DNA of 64,000 nt, taken from positions 64,001 through 128,000 of the IMG/VR virus record IMGVR_UViG_3300028840_004184; one strand, 5' to 3'. Under the pieces are notes generated by a model that worked only from the letters and a program-made list of their open reading frames with translations, was not told where the DNA came from and did no database searches. A program made the translations under genes and the position numbers. The DNA is from a virus. Position 1 is the first letter of the stretch. The number at the start of each line of letters is the position of its first letter. Positions 19,285-27,396 of this stretch are shown here, piece by piece.

Positions 19285-19359
19285 GGGCGAATAGTGTTAA
19301 CGGGAGCATACTAGATTTGCACTCTAGGGGTTGGGGTTCAACTCCCCATTTGTCCACCA
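19285..19359 (+). tRNA. tRNA-Ala(TGC)
   Basis: Loop TTTGCAC, G3-U70 identity pair, ACCA. Confidence 0.9.
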
Positions 19360-19446
19360 ACACTCAGTCGCCGTGGGGCTTTGATAAAAAATATTGCTCT
19401 TAGGCGAAAAAATAGATTGACAAATAAGAAAGATGTAGTATGATTA

Positions 19447-19522
19447 CTAGGGTTAACTCAGTTTGGTAGAGTACTGGCCTTGGACGCCAGGAGCGTAGGT
19501 TCAAATCCTACACCTTAGACCA
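19447..19522 (+). tRNA. tRNA-Pro(TGG)
   Basis: Cloverleaf, loop CTTGGAC, ACCA. Confidence 0.9.
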
Positions 19523-19531
19523 AAATTATTC

Positions 19532-19639
19532 TTCCTTGCTGGGTCGTCTAATATGGTAGGACGCCAGTGACTCCTGTGGGGCGGAGCCTGCTCCGTAAAC
19601 TGGAAATGGTGGTTCGATTCCACCACCGTCATGGAGGAA
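19532..19639 (+). ncRNA. tRNA-like RNA with a 30-nt structured anticodon loop, no CCA
   Basis: D arm GTCT-AATATGGT-AGGAC, CCAGT/ACTGG stem, T arm GGTGG-TTCGATT-CCACC. Confidence 0.55.
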
Positions 19640-19659
19640 TCTTTTAAGCTTAAGTTATA

Positions 19660-20199
19660 TTGTATTGGATTTGTGTTATGATATATTTAAGTGAAAAGCA
19701 ACGAAAAAACAAACGCATTATATTAGAGGAAATCAAACCTGTTGATTGTCAGGTGTGTTTTTTCCATGACGTATCTCATTTGCCGTTTAGTGGTTATCCT
19801 ATGCGTTCGAGTTATTATGATGAAATTAATAAGATAGCTTTCGTGTATACGGCTGAAGCGACCAACCGTCATATTTTGTATTCGTTACTACATGAGGTAT
19901 GTCATCACATTACATGGGACAAGAGATGGGATAGGCGTAAGTTTAGACGAGATGAATGGGGGGAGTGGAGACCTAGCCATCCTACATATTATTTGCGAGA
20001 ATATAAAGCAGAGAAGTTATTGCGAAAAATATGTAGACGATATGGATGGCATGAATTACTACAAGAGTCGGATATGTTATTAACAAAACATTTATTAAAT
20101 AAAACAAAAGATACTGAAAGACAATATACATATTCTTGTAAACGTATAGTAAGAGAAGAAAAACGAGACATAGCTCAGATGGTTAGAGCGTTCGGCTGA
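19660..20199 (+). CDS. HExxH zinc-metallopeptidase-like protein
   Basis: SLLHEVCHH...REYKAE; 3' end overlaps tRNA-Ile. Confidence 0.65.
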   Translation: MYWICVMIYLSEKQRKNKRIILEEIKPVDCQVCFFHDVSHLPFSGYPMRSSYYDEINKIAFVYTAEATNRHILYSLLHEVCHHITWDKRWDRRKFRRDEWGEWRPSHPTYYLREYKAEKLLRKICRRYGWHELLQESDMLLTKHLLNKTKDTERQYTYSCKRIVREEKRDIAQMVRAFG

Positions 20200-20240
20200 T
20201 AACCGAAAGGGCGTAGGTTCAATTCCTACTGTCTCGACCA
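20164..20240 (+). tRNA. tRNA-Ile(GAT)
   Basis: Canonical cloverleaf, ACCA. Confidence 0.93.
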
Positions 20241-20275
20241 ACACTCAAGCGGCGTGGGCCTTATGGAGAAAATAG

Positions 20276-21055
20276 ATGATAAGAAAGTGTGATAAATGCG
20301 GATCTAACCTTGTTGAGTTGATTACATCGTGGGTTTGCCCTAACAGTTGCAACAAGGTGGACACCCCCTTGAAATCCCCCGGTGACTGGGGATCCGAAAT
20401 AGAACGTGACACCTTCTACCAGGACTTGCTTAAGGAGCAATGCAAAAACTGCGTCAACGAAGGAGATCATGATAATTGTTGTGGCAACGCTTGTGATGAA
20501 ATACCGTGTCCTGGATTTGAGAAAATGCCTGTAAAGAAGTCTATTACAGAACAGTCAATGATGCAACCAGTAGATATAACACAAAGCGGTTGTTTGAGTG
20601 GGCTAAAGAAGCCGCAGACAAAAATGTCATTAAAACAAGATCTCCATAAGCGGCAAGAAGATAAGTCCGCGTCGCTCTGTTCGATGGGTGTTTGGCGATG
20701 TGGATGTGGTAAGTTTCCTATACTCAAAAGCGAACCGGATGAAGAGGGAGATTTATTTTGGTTTTCATGTTGTGATATAGTTTCTTTTAATACGTCAGAT
20801 CTTAAATTGGCAGTTTTGCGATGGAATAATCTCCTTAAGCAGAAGGAGGGGTGGGAAAGACTAGGTGAAGTAGATCACATCGAAATAAACGATGGAAATA
20901 AAATTGTTATACATACTAAAAAGAACAATTTTCATATGAATGAGGATCAAATAATAAGTGATATGTCGGAAAAAGATTGTCCAAATAGTATAAAAAACAT
21001 ATTTCTTTATTATCAACAAAAGCATAATATATATAGATTTGAAATTATACCATGA
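20276..21055 (+). CDS. Multi-Zn-ribbon protein (LITS tag + internal Lar-like segment)
   Basis: CDKCGSNLVELITSWVC; CGCG...FSCC...AVLRWN. Confidence 0.65.
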   Translation: MIRKCDKCGSNLVELITSWVCPNSCNKVDTPLKSPGDWGSEIERDTFYQDLLKEQCKNCVNEGDHDNCCGNACDEIPCPGFEKMPVKKSITEQSMMQPVDITQSGCLSGLKKPQTKMSLKQDLHKRQEDKSASLCSMGVWRCGCGKFPILKSEPDEEGDLFWFSCCDIVSFNTSDLKLAVLRWNNLLKQKEGWERLGEVDHIEINDGNKIVIHTKKNNFHMNEDQIISDMSEKDCPNSIKNIFLYYQQKHNIYRFEIIP

Positions 21056-21141
21056 GTCGAACATATAAAGATACTAAAAGGCGTAGAGATGAAGCAGACG
21101 CACAGAAACAGATAAACGAATATAATCCCGAGCGGGAATAA

Positions 21142-21414
21142 TTGCTGCTTTGCAGCACTAAAATGTTAAATATTTACCGAGCGGTAATATCTAGTTGTTT
21201 TTATTATCATAAACACAAATGTATTATATGTGATGAGATTAATATAGTGGCCGTGCATCATTTTGATTTTAATAATAAAAATAATGAACCGGATAATTTA
21301 ATACCAATGTGCCCAACGCATCATCAATATATGCATAGTAGATTTAGGGAACTAATAGATAAAAAAGTTATTGAATATAGGCAGAGCTTCTTAAAGAAAT
21401 TTCGGAGCACATAA
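21142..21414 (+). CDS. HNH endonuclease fragment, probably truncated
   Basis: CIIC...VHHFDFNNKNNEPDNLIPMCPTHH; weak TTG start, no N-terminal domain. Confidence 0.6.
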   Translation: MLLCSTKMLNIYRAVISSCFYYHKHKCIICDEINIVAVHHFDFNNKNNEPDNLIPMCPTHHQYMHSRFRELIDKKVIEYRQSFLKKFRST

Positions 21415-21417
21415 AAA

Positions 21418-21639
21418 ATGGGAATGTATGATGAAATCAAGGTGCCTTGTCCTGAATGTGGTACAATTCATCTTGCCCAATCTAAGGGCGGCGATTGTAC
21501 ACTGGCACTTTATACGTTAAACGAAGCACCGACAGACGTATTACTTGATGTAAACAGACATGGTCCATTCCAATGTGAAAGGTGCTGTACAAGATTTGCT
21601 GTTAAAATACATTGTGTAGCTCAGGTTGTAAAAGAATAA
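21418..21639 (+). CDS. Small Zn-ribbon protein
   Basis: MGMYDEI..CPECG...QSK pattern. Confidence 0.7.
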   Translation: MGMYDEIKVPCPECGTIHLAQSKGGDCTLALYTLNEAPTDVLLDVNRHGPFQCERCCTRFAVKIHCVAQVVKE

Positions 21640-21656
21640 TTTGCGTAGCAATAGCA

Positions 21657-21730
21657 GGACATATCGTATAATGGTATTATGTGTGGCTTACATCCACAAG
21701 ACGGTGGTTCGATTCCATCTATGTCCACCA
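21657..21730 (+). tRNA. tRNA-Val(TAC)
   Basis: Cloverleaf, loop CTTACAT, ACCA. Confidence 0.9.
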
Positions 21731-21767
21731 ATGCTCAATCGCCGCAAGGCTTGTTAAGGATATTATT

Positions 21768-21944
21768 ATGAAAACAAAATTAAAAATTGTGATTGAATAT
21801 GAAGCAGATCCCGAGGATTATGATACCGAAGATCCAAAGAAAATGGCTGAAATTGATGAGAGTAATTTTAGAGAAGACCCACCATCTTTGATGGAAATGT
21901 TATGTGATTTAGAAGATATTAAAGTTAAAGTGGAGCCAGCATAG
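21768..21944 (+). CDS. Small acidic protein
   Basis: AAGGA SD; ATG downstream of tRNA-Val. Confidence 0.65.
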   Translation: MKTKLKIVIEYEADPEDYDTEDPKKMAEIDESNFREDPPSLMEMLCDLEDIKVKVEPA

Positions 21945-21946
21945 TC

Positions 21947-22405
21947 ATGCAAACTTTTCTCCCGTACCGCGACTTTGAAAAATCGGCTAAATGTCTCGAT
22001 TATCGTCGGCTCGGTAAACAAAGAGTTGAGGCAAAACAGATCCTTAATGTTCTCCTGGGAAGGACAAATAAAAAGGGTTGGCGTAATCATCCATGCGTGA
22101 CAATGTGGCGTGATTATGAACTTGCTTTACAAGAATATTATAATATGATTCTGAAAGAATGGATAAGGCGTGGATATAAAAATAATATGGAATTTGAGTA
22201 TACTTCATATTATAAACATGGTATACTGAGGGTATATCAAGAACCATATACTAATCCTTATTATTGTAAGCCAGAATGGCTCAATAAGACATTCTGTGCC
22301 TCTCATCGTTCTAATCTGCTCCGTAAAGATCCTGAGTGGTATGGACGATTTGAGTGGGAAGAACCAAATAATTTACCGTACATTTGGCCCATTCAGTCAG
22401 CGTGA
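21947..22405 (+). CDS. Pyrimidine-dimer DNA glycosylase-like protein (MSMEG_6728 family, DenV-related)
   Basis: MQTFLPY.DF..SA..LD.RRLGKQRVEA.QI, GW.NHP...MW, SHRSNLLRKDP.WY, LPY.WP. Confidence 0.9.
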   Translation: MQTFLPYRDFEKSAKCLDYRRLGKQRVEAKQILNVLLGRTNKKGWRNHPCVTMWRDYELALQEYYNMILKEWIRRGYKNNMEFEYTSYYKHGILRVYQEPYTNPYYCKPEWLNKTFCASHRSNLLRKDPEWYGRFEWEEPNNLPYIWPIQSA

Positions 22406-22430
22406 GCCTTTTTTGTTTATGGAGTAAAAT

Positions 22431-22625
22431 ATGATTGATCCCCAAATTAAAGAATGGATCGACGGTGCTAATATTGAAATGTTGTTGAGGAAATGGAGGT
22501 TCGCAAGGTCTGGTGATCCATATTTCCAAGGAGAAGCCGGAAAGTATTATTCTGAAGTTATGGCCAAGAAACGAAATGAAGACCCGGCGGCTTATACTCG
22601 GGCTAGCAAGAATATTGGATGGTAA
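22431..22625 (+). CDS. Small conserved phage protein
   Basis: 'LLRKWRFA..GDP.FQGE.G.Y...ASK.IGW'; GGAG SD. Confidence 0.7.
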   Translation: MIDPQIKEWIDGANIEMLLRKWRFARSGDPYFQGEAGKYYSEVMAKKRNEDPAAYTRASKNIGW

Positions 22626-22649
22626 TAAGTTATTTTTGGAGACAATGAA

Positions 22650-23114
22650 ATGAAAACTACGGCTATAGTAACCCTGGCGATATTTATGTTCATAATAGGA
22701 TACGGAGCCTTACATTGTATTATGATAGAACGGGTGAAAGATAATGCAGTTGAAGACTATCGTAGATCGGCGGGTATGATAAGTTTTGATGATGAAGGTC
22801 CTAAGAAAACGGCATGTAAATGGGGCTGGGATATGGAGGCTGATCTTATCGAGACTCCTCATGGTAATCACAAGTTGATACTTAATGCAACTATTACCAA
22901 AGAACCCTGTGGAGAGCCCACGTTCACATTTTTTGTCTTTTTCTTTGGTTCTGATAATCAGATACTAGGGACTAGGAAAATTGTACGTCCTTGTGATAGT
23001 CCTGTGCAGTTATGGATTCCACGAAACACAGCGTATATACTAGTTTGCGGTGAGGGTAAATGTGGTAAATGCGGAAGCGAAGTGTTGAATGCGGCATTGT
23101 TGGAAATAGAATAA
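22650..23114 (+). CDS. Membrane-anchored/exported beta-rich protein
   Basis: N-terminal TM, Cys pairs. Confidence 0.65.
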   Translation: MKTTAIVTLAIFMFIIGYGALHCIMIERVKDNAVEDYRRSAGMISFDDEGPKKTACKWGWDMEADLIETPHGNHKLILNATITKEPCGEPTFTFFVFFFGSDNQILGTRKIVRPCDSPVQLWIPRNTAYILVCGEGKCGKCGSEVLNAALLEIE

Positions 23115-23120
23115 TCAAGA

Positions 23121-23197
23121 GTTGACCATGGTGTAGATAGTTAACATATCGGATTGTGACTCCGGGGTCAGCGGGGCGGAACCGCTTGGTCAACCCA
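23121..23197 (+). tRNA. tRNA-His(GTG)
   Basis: Encoded G-1:C73, loop TTGTGAC, CCA. Confidence 0.88.
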
Positions 23198-23236
23198 CAT
23201 AACTTCGTTATGAAGAAAGTCGTAGTTTAAAAATTG

Positions 23237-23329
23237 GGAGGGTTGTCGGAGCGGTCAATCGAGGCGGATTTGAAATCCGTTGGTCAGTTTAAAGCTGGCA
23301 CGGGGGTTCGAATCCCTCACCCTCCTCCA
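23237..23329 (+). tRNA. tRNA-Ser(TGA)
   Basis: Long variable arm, loop TTTGAAA, CCA. Confidence 0.92.
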
Positions 23330-23342
23330 AACTTTAAATAAA

Positions 23343-23433
23343 AGTCCATGGCGAAGTGGCAGACGTGTTATTTCATGGTGGGCGTCGGGAGCCGTTAACC
23401 GATAGCTGTTGGTTCGAATCCAGCCCATGGACT
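23343..23433 (+). ncRNA. tRNA-like RNA without a canonical anticodon arm
   Basis: 9-bp AGTCCATGG/CCATGGACT closing stem, D-like GGCGAAGTGGCAGACG, T arm GTTGG-TTCGAAT-CCAGC. Confidence 0.55.
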
Positions 23434-23456
23434 GTTTTTAAAATGGATAACTTCCC

Positions 23457-23756
23457 ATGGATGATAAAATAAAAATACTAAGATGGTGGAATAAAAATGA
23501 AGCCGAAGTAATAAAAGAATACCATATTGCTGTACGGGTTACAAGAACTAAATCTGGTAAACGACATAGGTATGATGTATGTGCTCAAGACGATGATCCG
23601 AACTTAGCGGGGTGGAATTTTATTAGTATATATCTTCCTCACGATCAGGATGAAGAGGCGAAAAAGAAAGCTATTGAAAAAATTAAAGGCATGGTTCGGT
23701 GTGGTTCTCCTGACATACATATGATAAGAAATGATATCGAGGAACATAAATCATGA
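23457..23756 (+). CDS. Hypothetical protein
   Basis: ORF in operon. Confidence 0.6.
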   Translation: MDDKIKILRWWNKNEAEVIKEYHIAVRVTRTKSGKRHRYDVCAQDDDPNLAGWNFISIYLPHDQDEEAKKKAIEKIKGMVRCGSPDIHMIRNDIEEHKS

Positions 23757-23962
23757 AACCCAGCAAAAAATCTGAAGGTATTGAGGATTTCCTAGATCGT
23801 TTTGGCGAAGTCGCATACGGAAGAGGCCGTATAGAATCAATTGAAAATGATATCTGTATAAAATGTGGTCAACCAGCCAAAGTTTTTCGCGACGATCTTT
23901 CCCGTAGGGAATATACGATTTCTGGTCTTTGCCAAAAGTGTCAGGATAAGATATTTAAGTAG
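23753..23962 (+). CDS. Small Zn-binding phage protein
   Basis: 'C..CG....FRD.LS.REY.ISGLCQ.CQD.IF'. Confidence 0.75.
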   Translation: MKPSKKSEGIEDFLDRFGEVAYGRGRIESIENDICIKCGQPAKVFRDDLSRREYTISGLCQKCQDKIFK

Positions 23963-24048
23963 GGGTGGCGGAATAATAGACGCAGCCCGATTATGGGTGG
24001 CTATTTTGATCAAATAGTGTGTAGGTGTGAATCCTACCCTCTACACCA
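23959..24048 (+). tRNA. Leu-like class II tRNA with truncated (4-6 nt) anticodon loop
   Basis: GTAGGGG/CCTCTAC acceptor, A73-CCA, long variable arm, anticodon arm GCCCG-ATTA-TGGGT. Confidence 0.6.
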
Positions 24049-24082
24049 AAACTTAGACGCCGTTAGGCTTTGAAATAGAGAC

Positions 24083-24167
24083 GGGCGGGTACCCAAGCGG
24101 CAAAGGGGTGTGGCTGTAGACCACATGGCTAACGCCTACGTTGGTTCGAGTCCAACTCCGCCCACCA
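24083..24167 (+). tRNA. tRNA-Tyr(GTA)
   Basis: Class II cloverleaf, ACCA. Confidence 0.93.
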
Positions 24168-24180
24168 ACATAACTTCGTT

Positions 24181-24390
24181 ATGGAGAAAGAAAAAATGCG
24201 ACTAAGTGAGTTGATTAATGTATTACTAGAAGTACAGAGAGATTGTAAAAATGATCCCGATTATCCTGATGATCCCCCCGTAGAGATTTGTCAAGCAATT
24301 AGTACAAATATAGGATCGGTAGAGAGATCAAGATATTATAATCACAGGACGGACGGAAAAGATCCAATTGTTATGATACATGAAGCATGA
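24181..24390 (+). CDS. Small hypothetical protein
   Basis: ORF after tRNA-Tyr; start may be the second ATG. Confidence 0.55.
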   Translation: MEKEKMRLSELINVLLEVQRDCKNDPDYPDDPPVEICQAISTNIGSVERSRYYNHRTDGKDPIVMIHEA

Positions 24391-24407
24391 AGGTCGATAA
24401 ACATAGT

Positions 24408-24493
24408 GGCTCCGTGGGGGAAATTAGCAGACCCGTATCGCTTAAGACGATATGCCCTAGGGCGTTCCAGTGCAAGTCTGGACGGAGCTACCA
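24408..24493 (+). tRNA. tRNA-Leu(TAA)
   Basis: Class II cloverleaf, loop CTTAAGA, ACCA. Confidence 0.88.
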
Positions 24494-24534
24494 AAACATA
24501 AATACCGCTACAGACTTTTGCGGAGCATATACTA

Positions 24535-25155
24535 ATGGGAATGTCACGATCAGAAGCTGGTAAGCTTGGTGCTAAGAAAGTTAATCCGGCACAAAGACAA
24601 AGAGCGATAAACAAATACTACAAAAGTCCATCTATTTGTAAATATTGTGGTAAAGTTATACGAATCAAAAATAAGGAAAAAGCATCTTATGTTAAAAGAA
24701 AGAAATTTTGTAATAGATCATGTTTAATGAGATACATAAACGCGTTACATGTTCGGCAAAGCGATAAACGAAATTGTTTACAATGCGACAAGGTAATACC
24801 AGCGAGACAGAAATACTGCTCTTTGAAATGTCAGCAATTATATAAAAAAATAAAAAGATTCAACGATATAGACGAAAGACAAGATGCTGATGGGTATGGT
24901 AATAAAACTATTAAGTCATATTTGTTATATAAATATGGTTATAAATGCTCTATATGTAATAATACTGTGTGGATGGACAAACAAATCCCCTTAGTTATGG
25001 ACCACGTAGATGGTAATCCATACAATAATAAGATCAATAACTTAAGGCTGGTCTGTGGTAACTGTGATATGCAGTTACCAACGTATAAGTCAAAAAATAG
25101 AGGAAGTGGTCGTCATTATAGACGACTAAGATATAAACAAGACAAAAGCTATTAG
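24535..25155 (+). CDS. HNH homing endonuclease in the tRNA array
   Basis: FCNRSC/YCSLKC repeats; MDHVDGNPYNNKINNLRLVCGNC. Confidence 0.88.
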   Translation: MGMSRSEAGKLGAKKVNPAQRQRAINKYYKSPSICKYCGKVIRIKNKEKASYVKRKKFCNRSCLMRYINALHVRQSDKRNCLQCDKVIPARQKYCSLKCQQLYKKIKRFNDIDERQDADGYGNKTIKSYLLYKYGYKCSICNNTVWMDKQIPLVMDHVDGNPYNNKINNLRLVCGNCDMQLPTYKSKNRGSGRHYRRLRYKQDKSY

Positions 25156-25228
25156 CCTGCATAGTTTAATGGTAAAACCTCGGTTTTGTAATCCGAATTT
25201 CGGCGTTCGATTCGTCGTGCAGGCTCCA
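25155..25228 (+). tRNA. tRNA-Thr(TGT)
   Basis: Cloverleaf, loop TTTGTAA, TCCA. Confidence 0.88.
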
Positions 25229-25258
25229 TGTATTTTTCTTTGTTATGGAGGTGTTAAA

Positions 25259-25465
25259 ATGGTTAACTTCAGTAACGTAAGGGATGTCGGCAGAATTCTT
25301 GCTCTTAGAGAGAGAGCATACCGCAGGTCTAATCGTGAAAAATCATTACAGCCTCGTCATAGCAAACATTGGTGTCCGTCTTGTGACGGAGCTATAATTG
25401 GTGCTGGTAGCAAATGTCCTAGATGTGGAAAGCGTATTTCGCCGAGACGGCTGAAAAAGGAATAA
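25259..25465 (+). CDS. Small basic Zn-ribbon protein
   Basis: GGAGGT SD; CPSC...CPRC. Confidence 0.65.
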   Translation: MVNFSNVRDVGRILALRERAYRRSNREKSLQPRHSKHWCPSCDGAIIGAGSKCPRCGKRISPRRLKKE

Positions 25466-25488
25466 TGCTACGCAGGCTAAAATTTTAC

Positions 25489-25579
25489 GGAAGGGTGGCC
25501 GAGTTGGCTTATGGCACCGTCCTGCTAAGGCGGAGGGGTATAATAGCCCCCGCAAGTTCGAATCTTGTCCCTTCCTCCA
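25489..25579 (+). tRNA. tRNA-Ser(GCT)
   Basis: Class II cloverleaf, CCA. Confidence 0.92.
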
Positions 25580-25608
25580 TGCTCAATCGCCGCAAGGCTT
25601 ACAGTTGA

Positions 25609-25790
25609 TCTTTGAATATTTATAAGCAAGAGGACTAGGGGCGAGAATCCGTATAATTCAATTCTTAGCCAGGACGTTCGGAGCATGTAAAATGCAGCAC
25701 CGCCTAGTATGAGTTTGCGGATACATATACAGCAACTCTGGTGATAGTTGCTCTGTGAAATCTAACAGAAAAGGCCGTAATATTCAAAGA
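25609..25790 (+). ncRNA. Candidate structured ncRNA (~180 nt)
   Basis: Perfect 12-bp closing stem TCTTTGAATATT/AATATTCAAAGA; internal ACTAGG/CCTAGT and AGCAACT/AGTTGCT helices. Confidence 0.5.
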
Positions 25791-25822
25791 CTTGATTAAT
25801 TTTAACTAAGGAGCAATTTATC

Positions 25823-26209
25823 ATGTTTAACTTTCTAATTTATCTGTTGATTACATTTAGTTCTTTTATAATGCAAGATCCTGGGCCTGGTCCGCAGGTT
25901 TGTGTACTGGAGGGGTGTATTGATCTTGTCACTGTTGATTATGGTGATGGACTATACGGCCTTGAAGTCTATTCAAGGGGTAGTTCCAGCTTGAATCACG
26001 GGGTCTCTATGGAGATTTATTGGTATGTTTTTGACATGTTCGGGAAACTTGTGGGGCTTGGTCGTGATCTTATTCCGTATTGGTATGACGAGAGAGAATT
26101 AATCCCTTTGGTGGCTGGTCAACACGTATATATCGAACTAAGAGTGATTTGTTGGAAATGTAAGATCGATACGTGGGCTTATGCGGATACTAAGATACCT
26201 CCATTTTAA
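25823..26209 (+). CDS. Exported beta-rich protein
   Basis: Signal peptide, AAGGAG SD, C-terminal CxxC. Confidence 0.7.
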   Translation: MFNFLIYLLITFSSFIMQDPGPGPQVCVLEGCIDLVTVDYGDGLYGLEVYSRGSSSLNHGVSMEIYWYVFDMFGKLVGLGRDLIPYWYDERELIPLVAGQHVYIELRVICWKCKIDTWAYADTKIPPF

Positions 26210-26274
26210 ACTCAGGTGGCGTTGGCCTTATATTGTATTGTTTTAAAGGCACAAAAAATTGTGCGTAGCACAAT

Positions 26275-26361
26275 GGCATCCTGGCGAAATGGCAGACGCG
26301 GTAGGTTCAAAACCTGCTACCACGTAGTGGTGTCCCGGTTCAAGTCCGGGGGGTGCCACCA
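26275..26361 (+). tRNA. tRNA-Leu(CAA)
   Basis: Class II cloverleaf, ACCA. Confidence 0.92.
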
Positions 26362-26399
26362 TATTCAGTTGCCGCAGGGCTTAGAAAAGGAAAGATAAC

Positions 26400-26555
26400 A
26401 TGAGTGAAGATGAAATAGTCGAATGTCCCGAGTGTGGTTTTCAGCAGCTAGATCCTGGTAAAGGAGTTGCTTGTGAAGAATGCGGACATTATCCCCTTGT
26501 TTCTCTTAAGGAGATCGAGAAGCAGGACAAAGAGTGGAGAAAAGGCAATGGCTAG
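26400..26555 (+). CDS. 51-aa Zn-ribbon protein (below the ORF-track cutoff)
   Basis: MSEDEIVECPECG...CEECG, AAGGA SD. Confidence 0.55.
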   Translation: MSEDEIVECPECGFQQLDPGKGVACEECGHYPLVSLKEIEKQDKEWRKGNG

Positions 26556-26745
26556 ATGTAATTATTGCAATTTTGTAAGTATTAGAGAAGAGCATAAGAA
26601 TAGTGATAAGACGGTGACTTTAACACCAGACAATCACGTATATGTACACCCTAAAGAGATTATTATTGCTGATTTGTCAAAGGAGGAAAGGGAAAAATAC
26701 TTTGTGGCCTGGTTTATGGAGTTGCCTAATTATTGTTGTTGCTAA
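26548..26745 (+). CDS. Small Cys-containing protein
   Basis: GGAG SD, MARCNYC. Confidence 0.6.
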   Translation: MARCNYCNFVSIREEHKNSDKTVTLTPDNHVYVHPKEIIIADLSKEEREKYFVAWFMELPNYCCC

Positions 26746-26746
26746 A

Positions 26747-26823
26747 GCGGGTGTAGTTTAGTCGAATAGAACACCTCGCTACGAACGAGGAGGTCGGGGG
26801 TTTAAGTCCTCCCACCCGCACCA
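26747..26823 (+). tRNA. tRNA-Arg(ACG)
   Basis: Cloverleaf, loop CTACGAA, ACCA. Confidence 0.9.
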
Positions 26824-26832
26824 TTGAAGCTC

Positions 26833-26930
26833 GATAAGAGATTGTCAGAGCCCGTTGTACAGGCTTGATTCGGTGGACGTGGTGACCGAATGACTATGAT
26901 ACAAGGAAGCAACCTTGCAGTTATCTTATC
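26833..26930 (+). ncRNA. Candidate four-way-junction RNA between tRNAs
   Basis: GATAAGA/TCTTATC closing stem with three hairpins. Confidence 0.45.
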
Positions 26931-26951
26931 CATACAGCATTATTTTTATGT

Positions 26952-27036
26952 GGGAGAGTGGCGTAACTGGTAGCCGCGTATGGTTTAGGACCATATGTCG
27001 AAAGGCGTGCAGGTTCGAGTCCTGTCTCTCCTACCA
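26952..27036 (+). tRNA. tRNA-Leu(TAG)
   Basis: Class II cloverleaf, ACCA. Confidence 0.93.
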
Positions 27037-27078
27037 ACACTCATGCTTCGCTGGCGTGGGCCTTATTAGGGGTATATT

Positions 27079-27300
27079 ATGACCAGGAAAGAATTTAGTG
27101 AAGTGCTTCGTGATTTATCTCCCGTTGTTTACGATGGTATGTTGGCTGGGGGTATGTCGCTGCCTAAAATAGCACAGGCTGTTGCCCTGGACTGTTTTTT
27201 ATATAGGTCGGGAGAAGTAGACAGTATTATGCAGAGAACACTGCGTGGGTATTTACAAAACCTAGATAAGACTGGCGTCTTTGGATTTGATAAAGAATAG
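27079..27300 (+). CDS. Hypothetical protein
   Basis: SD + ORF. Confidence 0.6.
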   Translation: MTRKEFSEVLRDLSPVVYDGMLAGGMSLPKIAQAVALDCFLYRSGEVDSIMQRTLRGYLQNLDKTGVFGFDKE

Positions 27301-27301
27301 A

Positions 27302-27375
27302 GAGGCTATGGTGTAGTGGTAACACGTCAGGTTTTCAGCCTGAGGTCGAGAGTTCGATTCTCTCTAGCCTTACCA
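27302..27375 (+). tRNA. tRNA-Glu(TTC)
   Basis: Cloverleaf, loop TTTTCAG, ACCA. Confidence 0.9.
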
Positions 27376-27396
27376 ACTTAAGAAGAATATGATATA

